Shown here: positions 46,608 through 55,259 of the stretch, one piece after another
Layout of the letters: the number at the start of each line of letters is the position of its first letter
Numbering within the stretch: position 1 is the first letter of the stretch
Source: a virus
Reading direction: 5' to 3' (one strand)
Length of the DNA: 64,000 nt
Virus record (IMG/VR): IMGVR_UViG_3300029791_000448
Coordinates: 1 to 64,000 of that record
Program-made: the position numbers and the translations under genes
Notes under the pieces: generated by a model
The model's database searches: none
Told to the model about the DNA's origin: nothing
What the model saw: only the letters and a program-made list of their open reading frames with translations

Positions 46608-47546
46608 TTATTTGTTCCGCCAGGATGCGTTGCCCTCCATGTTCCGCAGAAGGATCTCCCTTGCCGTTGCAAATTCATCCCCGATGAATCCCAGCCTCAG
46701 CATCCAGCACCGCATCGCGTACTTTTCGTTGTCGGTCTGCTGGGGCTTCGGGCTTGCCGTTCTGACCATCTTGGCAAGCTGGCTCATTGCGAGGCAAAGC
46801 TGGATGTAGGCTTTCATCTCACCGGCATGCAGTCCATTGCGCTTTCCGTCCGCTGGGTCTGCGAATTGGAAAAGGCGGAATTCAATGGTTCCCTTTGTGA
46901 AGGTGGCATGGAGGTTCAGCATATGGTACCGGCTTGAATTGTAGTGGGCATTTCGGTTTTCCCAGCTGGAACCGTTGCCTTCGTACCAAATGTCTTCCAG
47001 CTTGCGCATGGTGGTCGGCTTCTCGCGGTTCAGCCGGTCGAGGAAGCGGTGGTTGACCACCTGGCAATATTGTCCGGTGCGCCCTGCATCGATTCGGATG
47101 GCTCTGCCGATCTGCTGTTCGTGCGCCGCCATGATATTCACAAGGTTGCGGATGGTCTTTGCGGTGTGGTCGCCTTTGCCGATGTGGATGTGAACCCCGC
47201 ATCCGCGGCTTGGGCCGCTCTTTGCGCCTGCCTTTCGGAGCAGTCGGATAATCTCCTGCAGGGTTTCGATGTCGTCGTAGGTGAGGATCGGGGTGACCAG
47301 TTCGCATTTTTCTGCGTCCGGTCCGTAGATGCTCACATCCCTCTGGAATTTCCAAACCCTGCCCTGTCCATCCTTGCAAGCCCAGCTGTAATATCCGTAC
47401 TCGCTGGCCGCGTTCCATGCTCTGGTTCCGAAGTACTCGGCGACCTTTCTTGCCGCTTTTTCTCTGGTGATGTTGTTCATCTCGATCTCAACCCCGATGG
47501 TCTGGTTCTTCATGGCTTCAATCTGCTCTCTTGTTTTATCGTTCAT
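46608..47546 (-). CDS. Amidoligase_2-family (putative ATP-dependent amidoligase) protein, about 312 aa
   Basis: Start MNDKTREQ after repeat copy 7. N-terminal TIGVEIEMNN motif and overall amidoligase organisation. Its C-terminal region is shared with the 47779..48963 protein. Confidence 0.65.
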   Translation of the reverse strand: MNDKTREQIEAMKNQTIGVEIEMNNITREKAARKVAEYFGTRAWNAASEYGYYSWACKDGQGRVWKFQRDVSIYGPDAEKCELVTPILTYDDIETLQEIIRLLRKAGAKSGPSRGCGVHIHIGKGDHTAKTIRNLVNIMAAHEQQIGRAIRIDAGRTGQYCQVVNHRFLDRLNREKPTTMRKLEDIWYEGNGSSWENRNAHYNSSRYHMLNLHATFTKGTIEFRLFQFADPADGKRNGLHAGEMKAYIQLCLAMSQLAKMVRTASPKPQQTDNEKYAMRCWMLRLGFIGDEFATAREILLRNMEGNASWRNK

Positions 47547-47549
47547 GGT

Positions 47550-47720
47550 ATGTTCTCCTTTGTTTTTTCCTTGTTTTCCCTTTCGGTATGTGCATATTAC
47601 CGTCAGGTGCGGATAATAGCAAGGATATAAAAGAACATATATTCGACAAATATAAGGCAGAATGATCGTGTACATTTCTGCAGTTTATCCGCTTGATAAT
47701 GTACATTTTCAGAGCTAATA
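47550..47720 (-). repeat. Promoter/5'UTR repeat copy 7 with an added oppositely oriented TTGATA-17-TAATAT box at 47691..47719
   Basis: TTTTCCCTTTCGGTATGTGCATATTACCGTCAGGTGC...ATAGCAAGG on the minus strand, then ..CCGCTTGATAATG..-17-..TAATAT on the plus strand. Confidence 0.55.
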
Positions 47721-47778
47721 TCGGTACAATGGAAGAGGGTCTCGCATATTTTCCGGCCCCCATTGGGGGATTGGGAGC

Positions 47779-48963
47779 TTACGCTCCCACCTCCAGCATC
47801 TGCGCCGTGTCTGCCCCACAGTCGGGCTGTGTCGGCCGGGTCGTATCCGGTGCGACCGTTTCCCCTGTGGCAGGATCGCCGTTCTGTGCCGCCAGTTTCG
47901 CGGCTTTCAGGGCATCCCGTTTTGCCTTTTCCCTTGCAAGGAACTTCTGTGCTTCCTCATCCGTGCGGAAAGCCGCATGGCCGGAAAGGTTCTCCATGAG
48001 GATCTTGCGTGTCTCTTTGAAATCCGGACCGTTCATCCCCAGCCGCAGGAGCCATGTGCGGAGTGCGTATTTCTCATTCTCATCGTTGACATCCTTTGCC
48101 TGGATGCGCTTCTGGCTGATAGCCTGCTGGTTCATCAGCACCGCCAGCTGTGCAAAAGCCGTCAGATGTTCGTGGTCCGGTGCAGTCGGGAAGCCGGTAA
48201 AGGTGACCTTCTCGGTGGTGATTTTCAGGCCTTCCAGTGCAGCACCATGTTCAGTCTCATAGTCGCTGACCGCATTGATGAAGTTCATGATGGCAAAGGT
48301 GCAGCTATCGTCCTTCAGCTTCTCGACCAGCCCCTCTTCCACATGGAAGTGTCCTCCAGTCGCCTTGCCGATGAGCTTGCCGCGGCTGTAAAGAAGGTTG
48401 ACCAGGTTGCGGAGAGTCACACCGTTGTGCTGGCTGACCGGGAATGCAAGTTCCAAGTCCAGCGGCACCTCTTCCGGCTGATCTTCTGTCTCCTGCGATT
48501 CTGCATCCGGCTCATCCTCTATGGTATCATCCTCAGCCGTATTGTCCGGCTCCAATGCATCCTCGGCTCCTGCTTCCGCAGGTTCATCTTCTGCGGTATC
48601 TGCATCTTCGGATTCCTGCTCGTCCAGAACCTCCAGCTCTGCTTCGGGCATCTGCTCAGTTTCCGCTTCGGTCACAGGCTCCTCATCCATATCCGCTGTC
48701 AGCTCTGTGTCCTCCGGCTGGTCATCCGTGCTCTCAATACTCTCGCCGCCGCGGATCAGTCCCTCATTCAGCAGGGTCGTCAGCAGCTCGGCATCTGCAT
48801 TCTCCGGCTCGACCAGAAGGTTGCCATTCCGGTCGATGGTGTAGCTCCCGATGTCGTAAGAATACAGAGGTGCTTTGGTATAGTAAGGGTGGATGCCGGT
48901 CAGCTCCTCCATGCGTTTTGCGAGGGTCTTTCTCTCGGCTACGTTCAGTTTAAATTTCAACAT
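47779..48963 (-). CDS. Acidic protein with poly-D/E/T/A central region and a C-terminal domain homologous to the amidoligase C-terminus, 394 aa
   Basis: Central ~140-aa D/E-rich tract. C-terminal NEKYALRTWLLRLGMNGPDFKETRKILMENLSG parallels NEKYAMRCWMLRLGFIGDEFATAREILLRNMEG of the amidoligase. Confidence 0.6.
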   Translation of the reverse strand: MLKFKLNVAERKTLAKRMEELTGIHPYYTKAPLYSYDIGSYTIDRNGNLLVEPENADAELLTTLLNEGLIRGGESIESTDDQPEDTELTADMDEEPVTEAETEQMPEAELEVLDEQESEDADTAEDEPAEAGAEDALEPDNTAEDDTIEDEPDAESQETEDQPEEVPLDLELAFPVSQHNGVTLRNLVNLLYSRGKLIGKATGGHFHVEEGLVEKLKDDSCTFAIMNFINAVSDYETEHGAALEGLKITTEKVTFTGFPTAPDHEHLTAFAQLAVLMNQQAISQKRIQAKDVNDENEKYALRTWLLRLGMNGPDFKETRKILMENLSGHAAFRTDEEAQKFLAREKAKRDALKAAKLAAQNGDPATGETVAPDTTRPTQPDCGADTAQMLEVGA

Positions 48964-48964
48964 A

Positions 48965-49065
48965 ATTCATCGCTCCTTTTCGTTCATTTGTTTTTGTGCA
49001 TCCCGATGTTCTTTTCGGTAGCACATATATCACTCTAAAACGGATGAATAGCAAGGCCATTTCCC
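48965..49065 (-). repeat. Promoter/5'UTR repeat copy 8 (variant B)
   Basis: ..TTTTCGGTAGCACATATATCACTCT...GAATAGCAAGGCCAT.. Confidence 0.5.
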
Positions 49066-49186
49066 GATATTCTTCATGTTCGACCATTTACACAAGGGAC
49101 CGCAAAATCTGTTGTGTAAATAGGACCAATATGTAAGCCCACCATATCAACAGGTCGCTTTCTACCTAGTAATATAGCGGGCCAGT

Positions 49187-51445
49187 TTATTCTTCCAGAC
49201 CTGCACACCACGCGATGCCGGCCAGAACAAAGAATGCGTTGGCTAAGCAAATGCCGTTGCCCCAGATACGGTACTCTGCCGAATCCGTATACGGGTCAGC
49301 CAGCCATTTCCGGATCTGCTTCTCCGTCTTCGGCTTCTTGGCATGGGTCACGATCTTACGGTGTGTTTCAAACACATCCGCCCAGAACGCCAGATCTTCC
49401 TCGGTTGGGTTTTCCGTTCCGAGATCTCTGCACCACCAGTCAGGGAATCCCTGCAGTCTGGCACACTCGGTCGGTGTCAAACGGCGGACGGTATAGGTCA
49501 CAGGTGCGGGCTGTGCTTCCGGATTGTCGATGACCAGACGGTCATTGAAGGCATCCTGCCCGTTGAAGCCGCTGGGATGTGCCCCGGTTGCCACGGTTCC
49601 CATGACACCCTCGTTCAGATGCGGCACCGGTGCGATAGTGGTTGGGTCTTTGTAATCCCGTGCCATCAGGGTCGGTGCGACTTCTTTTGCCACCTGCATA
49701 TAGGAGCCGGTGGTCATGGCATACACATCCTCCGGTGCGCAGATTGCATGGCGGTCAGTGGCATCCAGTGTAAAGCAGACATCCTCATTGACGCCATCCC
49801 CCTGCGGACCGTTCTCATCCTTGCGGCCGATCATGTTGCCCTGCAGGACGAAGGTCTGCATCTGGTCACTCCGGGTCGCCATCAAAGCGCCGGATTTGCC
49901 ATGCAGATCGATCAGCTCATTGCGCTGGTTCACATGGAACGCAGTCATCTCTTCCGGCTGTGCCACAAAGGTCTGCTGCTTCATCCCCGGCTCTGCTGCC
50001 AGTGCCGCTGACTTCTCTCCCAGATCCCTGACTTCATCCCTCTGATTCTGGGTAAAGGCGACCGGCTCTACCACACAGATGCCGCCCTGATTGCAGGTCG
50101 GGTCACCACCGCTGCGGTCCAGTGTCCGGGAGGTCTCCGCTTCATAGAAACCGCTATGCGGATTGTCGGACATCATGGAGTGGCTGGCTTTGGAGCAGAC
50201 ACCATAGCATTTCGGAACGAACAGTGTCTGGTCGTTATTGCAGCCGAGGGTGGCCGACTTTTCTTCCTGCCAGATGGCTCCCTTGCCGCCGCCTTCACAC
50301 CCGGAACGGATCTTCAGTGTGACTGCCGGGGAGTTTTCAACTTCTTTCAGCGGACTTTCCACTGAATTTTCAACAGCGTTCATGACTATCGGGACATTAC
50401 CGCCACCCGTACCACACCTGCTTGTCAGTGTCTGCACCTTGCCATCCTCGGAAATCTTCACCCGGCTGTCTGCAGGATGGTTTTCCAAAGCGATAGCGGC
50501 AGGCACAACACCAGCCCGGAGGGTCGGTGACCGCTCTTCCTCATATCCGATGCTTCTGGCATCTGCCGAATGCTCGGTACAGAAACCAGCGGCTTCCAGG
50601 ACACACGGCTGATGCCCATGCTCCTCTGCCCGGAGGGTTCCGGTCACATCCTGGGAAACATCCATCTGCTTACCGCCCTGGTCGTTCAGACAGATCCGTC
50701 CTCCTGCTCCGCTGAAGCCTGCCTCTCCAGTGCCGCTTTCAGCACCGGCGGCAGCTCTTTGCCACGCACGGAAGCCCTCCGCAGAATACCGAGACACGCC
50801 TTCGGACTCAAATAGTACCTTTGGGGCACTCTGGTCTGCAAAATCTGCGACAAGGTAGATACGTTTTCTTCTTTGGGGAACGCCCCACCATTGTGCATCA
50901 AGAACTCGATACGCGACGCTCCATCCGTCTCCCACGTAATAGTCAGCGTCGGGCCATCCTTTCTTCTCAGGCGCAGGCACCGAGGCGGCCGGTTCTTTAA
51001 CACCGATGACTGCTTCGAGGACTGCTTTGAAGTCCTGTCCTTTGTTTGAGGAGAAGGCCCCTGGCACATTCTCCCACACGATAAATCTTGGTTTTTCTCC
51101 ATTGGTCTTACACCTCATTTCCTTCACGATTCGGATTGCTTCGTAAAACAGGCTGGACCGTGAACCATCCAGACCGTCCCGCTTACCAGCGATGGACATA
51201 TCCTGACAGGGACTGCCAAAGGTGATGATGTCCACAGGCGGCAGGTCTGCACCGCTGATGGCGGACACATCTCCATAGTGCTTCACCTGCGGCAGACGCT
51301 TGGTCGTGACCCGGATGGCAAAGGGCTCGATCTCGCTGCTCCACACCGGAGTGATCTGCCCAGTCAAAAGACCGCCCAATGGAAAACCCCCGGAGCCATC
51401 AAAGAGGCTGCCGAGGGTCAAAGTCTTATTCTGTTCTGTGCTCAT
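49187..51445 (-). CDS. DNA (cytosine-5)-methyltransferase with very long variable/target-recognition region, 752 aa
   Basis: Motif I FDGSGG, PCQ motif GSPCQDMSIAG, ENV motif WENVPG, and C-terminal TVRRLTPTECARLQGFP. About 450 aa lie between motifs VIII and IX. Confidence 0.85.
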   Translation of the reverse strand: MSTEQNKTLTLGSLFDGSGGFPLGGLLTGQITPVWSSEIEPFAIRVTTKRLPQVKHYGDVSAISGADLPPVDIITFGSPCQDMSIAGKRDGLDGSRSSLFYEAIRIVKEMRCKTNGEKPRFIVWENVPGAFSSNKGQDFKAVLEAVIGVKEPAASVPAPEKKGWPDADYYVGDGWSVAYRVLDAQWWGVPQRRKRIYLVADFADQSAPKVLFESEGVSRYSAEGFRAWQRAAAGAESGTGEAGFSGAGGRICLNDQGGKQMDVSQDVTGTLRAEEHGHQPCVLEAAGFCTEHSADARSIGYEEERSPTLRAGVVPAAIALENHPADSRVKISEDGKVQTLTSRCGTGGGNVPIVMNAVENSVESPLKEVENSPAVTLKIRSGCEGGGKGAIWQEEKSATLGCNNDQTLFVPKCYGVCSKASHSMMSDNPHSGFYEAETSRTLDRSGGDPTCNQGGICVVEPVAFTQNQRDEVRDLGEKSAALAAEPGMKQQTFVAQPEEMTAFHVNQRNELIDLHGKSGALMATRSDQMQTFVLQGNMIGRKDENGPQGDGVNEDVCFTLDATDRHAICAPEDVYAMTTGSYMQVAKEVAPTLMARDYKDPTTIAPVPHLNEGVMGTVATGAHPSGFNGQDAFNDRLVIDNPEAQPAPVTYTVRRLTPTECARLQGFPDWWCRDLGTENPTEEDLAFWADVFETHRKIVTHAKKPKTEKQIRKWLADPYTDSAEYRIWGNGICLANAFFVLAGIAWCAGLEE

Positions 51446-52215
51446 GCGGAAGCCTCCTCTCCGAGCATCTGCTCATTCGCTTTCCGGTAAAAATCTCTGG
51501 ATACTTCAAATCCGTAACTGTTGCGCCCCAGTTCCCGTGCAGCACGAAGAGTCGAGCCGCTGCCGGCGCAGGGGTCAATGACCACATCGCCCTCATCTGT
51601 AAAGGTCTCGATCAGTCGTTTCAGCACAGAGATCGGTTTCTGGGAGGGATGGATCTTCGGATACTCCTTGCCGTCCCTCTTCCAGTCAAACCAGTTGAAG
51701 ATCATGTGGGGCTTTCCATCCTCACCGAGATTGCGGAACTTCGGGAGCTTGCCCCGGTACAGCACCAATGCATACTCCGTTGCACCTACGATCTTCATGT
51801 TGGCCTTTAAGACCTGCGGACTGTAGTTCTTGCAGAACACCAGCGGGATATAATTTTTGAAGCCGTATTTTTCCGCTTCGGTGATTACCTTCGGGATCTG
51901 CTGGAACGCACAGAACACGATCATGCACGGCGCATCCTTCTCGCCCGTGCCGGGTTCTTTCTTCAGCAGGCGGTTGCAGAAGTGGAAATACTCTGCAATG
52001 TTGAACGTGAAGTCGGTATTGAACGCCGCCTTCCTCGCCTTTCTGCTCTCCCCGTTTTTGTTGTCGCCATCCACATACCAGTCCGGCCGGCTGGCGTAGA
52101 AGTCCGTACCGATGTTGTACGGAATATCTGCGATCACCAGCTGTGCCTTGGGGATGTTATAGGACTTGAAGTTCTGGAAGTTGTCGTGGATGAGGACGCA
52201 TTTCACATCAGGCAT
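51442..52215 (-). CDS. DNA methyltransferase (N6-adenine or N4-cytosine, beta class), 257 aa
   Basis: D/N-PPY-like motif IADIPYN near the N-terminus and SAM-binding IDPCAGSGST near the C-terminus. Confidence 0.8.
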   Translation of the reverse strand: MPDVKCVLIHDNFQNFKSYNIPKAQLVIADIPYNIGTDFYASRPDWYVDGDNKNGESRKARKAAFNTDFTFNIAEYFHFCNRLLKKEPGTGEKDAPCMIVFCAFQQIPKVITEAEKYGFKNYIPLVFCKNYSPQVLKANMKIVGATEYALVLYRGKLPKFRNLGEDGKPHMIFNWFDWKRDGKEYPKIHPSQKPISVLKRLIETFTDEGDVVIDPCAGSGSTLRAARELGRNSYGFEVSRDFYRKANEQMLGEEASA

Positions 52216-53476
52216 CGGTATCCTCGCTTTCCGGCTCGAAGGTCGCTACTTCCTCGAACTTCAGTTTCTGGCCGTCACGGATGACATACACATCATCGTA
52301 GTGACCATCATTGTGTTCGATGTACCGCTTCACGATTACATCCACAAACTTCGGGTCCAGCTCGATACCCCGGCACACACGGTCGGTCTCTTCACAGGCG
52401 ATCAGGGTCGAGCCGCTTCCAAGGAACGGATCAAGGACGATGCCGTTGGTCATGGTTGAATTGCGGATCGGATAGCTCATCAGACCGATGGGCTTCATGG
52501 TCGGATGGTCCTTGTTGGACTTCGGCCGGTCATACTCCCAGATGGTCGTCTGCTTGCGGTCGGAATACCACTGGTGCTTCCCCTTCTGCTTCCAGCCGTA
52601 GAGACACGGTTCGTGCTGCCACTGGTAAGGACTGCGGCCCAGCACCAGCGCATTCTTCTTCCAGATACAGCACCCGGACAGGTAGAACCCGGCATCCTTG
52701 AATGCCTTTCTAAAGTTCAGCCCTTCCGTATCTGCATGGAAGATGTAGATGGAACCGTCGTCTGAAAGATGGTCGTGCATCTGCTGGAACGCTGCCAGCA
52801 GGAACTGGTAGAATTCCGAATCGCCCATATTGTCATTCATGATCTTACCGGCAGTCTCTTCCACATCCACGTTATAAGGGGGATCGGAAAGGACCAGATT
52901 TGCCTTGGTTCCGTCCATCAGGGTGTCGTAGCATTCTGCTTTGGTGGAATCACCGCACAGAACGATGTGCTTTCCCAGATGCCAGAGGTCACCATCTTTG
53001 GAAAAGCATGGCTGCTTCAGCTCGGATTCCACATCGAAGTCATCTTCCTTGACCTCTTTGCTGTGGACTTTGTTGAACAGCGTCTCAATCTCCGGCGGCT
53101 CAAAGCCGGTCTTACCAAGGTCGAAGTTGGAATCCTCGATGTCCTTCAAAAGATCAGCCAGCAGAGAATCATCCCATGCACCCGTAATCTTATTGAGCGC
53201 AATGTTCAGGGCTTTCTCCCTGGTCTTGTTGATGTCCACCACCGCACAAGGCACTTCGGTGTAGCCCAGCTCCATCGCTACGGTCAATCTCTGGTGGCCG
53301 CCGATGATTGTCATATCGGCATTGACCACCAAAGGATCTGCGAACCCGAACTCCGTGATGGAGTTCTTGATCTTCTCGTACTCTTTATCCCCCGGCTTCA
53401 GCTTCTTCCGGGGATTGTATGCGGCCGGCTTGAGTACGGACACCGGCAGCATCTTCAGTTCAGCAGTCGCTTTCAT
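52208..53476 (-). CDS. ParB-like nuclease domain fused to DNA methyltransferase (DPPY-type), about 422 aa
   Basis: Start MKATAELKML with an AGGAGGA RBS. ParB/Srx N-domain (LKPAAYNPRK..GGHQRL), then SDPPYN and DPFLGSGST motifs. Confidence 0.8.
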   Translation of the reverse strand: MKATAELKMLPVSVLKPAAYNPRKKLKPGDKEYEKIKNSITEFGFADPLVVNADMTIIGGHQRLTVAMELGYTEVPCAVVDINKTREKALNIALNKITGAWDDSLLADLLKDIEDSNFDLGKTGFEPPEIETLFNKVHSKEVKEDDFDVESELKQPCFSKDGDLWHLGKHIVLCGDSTKAECYDTLMDGTKANLVLSDPPYNVDVEETAGKIMNDNMGDSEFYQFLLAAFQQMHDHLSDDGSIYIFHADTEGLNFRKAFKDAGFYLSGCCIWKKNALVLGRSPYQWQHEPCLYGWKQKGKHQWYSDRKQTTIWEYDRPKSNKDHPTMKPIGLMSYPIRNSTMTNGIVLDPFLGSGSTLIACEETDRVCRGIELDPKFVDVIVKRYIEHNDGHYDDVYVIRDGQKLKFEEVATFEPESEDTDA

Positions 53477-53498
53477 GTAGGCTCCTCCTAATTCAGAT

Positions 53499-53723
53499 TC
53501 ACATGCGCATGACCCCGGAGAAGGGCACGAAAAAGGAGCCGAACAAAAAGCCCGACTCCATTTCATCTCCATCTTCCTGCGGCTGTTCAGCCATCTCGCA
53601 CCATTCCGGTTTTTCCCCGTTCACAGATGCCAGCACCTTATCTTCCGCATCGTCAATCGCATGTACACAGATACCCCCGGTGTTGAACATCGGAAACATA
53701 CCGATAATCTTACTCATCCTCAT
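53499..53723 (-). CDS. Hypothetical small protein, 74 aa
   Basis: ORF between the zinc-ribbon proteins and the methyltransferase block. Weak support. Confidence 0.3.
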   Translation of the reverse strand: MRMSKIIGMFPMFNTGGICVHAIDDAEDKVLASVNGEKPEWCEMAEQPQEDGDEMESGFLFGSFFVPFSGVMRM

Positions 53724-54210
53724 CCACTCCCTTCATCCCGTATCGATAATCCCAGTAACAATTCAGACTGCAAAACTTCCGCTGCCGTTTTCCTTCATCT
53801 ACGGCATGGAACTCCCTTCCACAGTTTTTACAGACCGCGATCCGAAAAGACTTATGCTGCCTGTAATATTCCTCCCGGCAAGCTGGAGAACAGAACCGTC
53901 TCCGACCACTGTTCCCTCTCTGCACGAGAATCCGTCCGCACACTGGACAGCGCCGTTCCCCCGACCCATCCGGTGGCTGTAACTGGCAGCTCCCCGTTTC
54001 CGGCAGGCCCAGTTCCCGGCAGTAATCCGTGACCTGTTCCAAAGAAAGCCCGGTGTTTTCTGCGATCTCCACACATCCAAACCCGGCAAGCCGCTGGCTT
54101 CGGACTTCTTCTCTCTCCGGGCGGTACTCATAGCCCTCAAACACACAGTCCAGCCGGACACCGTTCTTTACCACATCACGCTCTATGTTCAGCGGTCCTT
54201 CCATTTGCAT
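53710..54210 (-). CDS. Putative regulator: sigma-70 region-4-like HTH plus repeated zinc-ribbon motifs, about 166 aa
   Basis: HTH IAENTGLSLEQVTDYCRELGL, and repeats RFCSPACREEYY and KFCSLNCYWDY. Confidence 0.5.
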   Translation of the reverse strand: MQMEGPLNIERDVVKNGVRLDCVFEGYEYRPEREEVRSQRLAGFGCVEIAENTGLSLEQVTDYCRELGLPETGSCQLQPPDGSGERRCPVCGRILVQRGNSGRRRFCSPACREEYYRQHKSFRIAVCKNCGREFHAVDEGKRQRKFCSLNCYWDYRYGMKGVDEDE

Positions 54211-54496
54211 CGCCCTCCTTCCAGCGTCCTTTGTTTGCACAGGCACGGCTGCAATATTTCCGTTCCAGACCATACTGGTGCCGGTAGGAAAACTCCCTGC
54301 CGCACACCGGACAGATCTTTGACCGCACGGTCTTCCAGTTCTCTGGTTTCGGGTGGGTGTTGTTCCACCGTGACCGGCATTCCGGTGAGCAGAACTTCCG
54401 TGGTCTGCCTTTATGGTTTGGTACGATTGCCGTACCGCACTGAGGGCAGAAGGAAAAAGCCATGTCCCTGATCATCTCAGCCGTGTAATCTTCCAT
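54176..54496 (-). CDS. Zinc-ribbon repeat protein paralogous to the C-terminus of the preceding regulator, 106 aa
   Basis: CPQCG, RKFCSPECRSRWNNTH, CPVCG and KYCSRACANKG repeats. Confidence 0.45.
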   Translation of the reverse strand: MEDYTAEMIRDMAFSFCPQCGTAIVPNHKGRPRKFCSPECRSRWNNTHPKPENWKTVRSKICPVCGREFSYRHQYGLERKYCSRACANKGRWKEGDANGRTAEHRA

Positions 54497-54896
54497 CTGC
54501 CCTCACCTCACTCTCATTTTTCGCCGTTTCTTCGGCGGTTTCTTAGAAAAATCTCATAATTCATGCGAAAAGCGGCGAAGTGGAAATCGGCACTGCCCCG
54601 CCAAGTTGGATCGTTGTTGCGGCGGCCGATTCCCGCTCGCCCCTGCTCCTCCCGGAACAAGCTAAAATGTGCGAAAGCTCCCTGTTTACGAGAAGTTTCA
54701 CACACTTTGGTTCATTTCGTGGAAAAAGAATGGCACCGGAACCGAAGATCCGATGCCTGTACATTTTCCTGTTTCATTTTGCGCCGTTAATCCTCTGACC
54801 CCCGGCCTATCAATTTTGCGCTTTTTCACAGAAAAGGGGCCACCGGTCTCCGTGTGACTTCACCGTAGAGAAGTGACCCCGGCCCCGGTGGGGCTG

Positions 54897-55256
54897 TCAG
54901 TAGGTGTAAATCGGGTTGATGTCTTCGGTCAACGTCTTCTTATCGTGACAGCTCTTGCAGAGCGGCTGCCAGTTGTTCTGGTCCCAAAAAAGTTTCTGGT
55001 CACCACGGTGTGGAATGATGTGATCCACAACCGTTGCCCGGACGTACTTGCCCTGCTTGGCACACTGCACACAGAGTGGATGAGCTTCCAGATACGACTT
55101 TCTGGCTTTCTGCCACCTCCTGTTGTATCCACGCTTCGCTGCCGGGCGGGTCACCTCTGGATGGAGAGGCAGGTGCTTCTCACAGTAGAGCCGACCGGCT
55201 TCCACCAGCTCTGGGCAGCCGGGGTGATGGCACGGTGTCTTTGGTCTGTATGGCAT
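54897..55256 (-). CDS. HNH endonuclease, 119 aa
   Basis: CxxC...HH...N...CxxCH HNH/zinc arrangement (CVQC...VDHIIPH...CKSCH). Confidence 0.8.
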   Translation of the reverse strand: MPYRPKTPCHHPGCPELVEAGRLYCEKHLPLHPEVTRPAAKRGYNRRWQKARKSYLEAHPLCVQCAKQGKYVRATVVDHIIPHRGDQKLFWDQNNWQPLCKSCHDKKTLTEDINPIYTY

Positions 55257-55259
55257 GGG

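Noticed and set aside
47693-48262. Plus-strand 189-aa ORF downstream of the plus-strand TTGATA-17-TAATAT box at 47691..47719
   Set aside because: Antisense to the 394-aa acidic protein gene, with an Ala/Ser-rich low-complexity product and no RBS. The promoter-like box is more likely a partial inverted copy of the array repeat than a protein-coding start.
40650-49065. Promoter repeats considered as MITE/IS remnants or a CRISPR-like array
   Set aside because: Every copy sits in the same position relative to a downstream start codon and contains -35/-10/RBS signals. No terminal inverted repeats, target-site duplications or transposase were seen.
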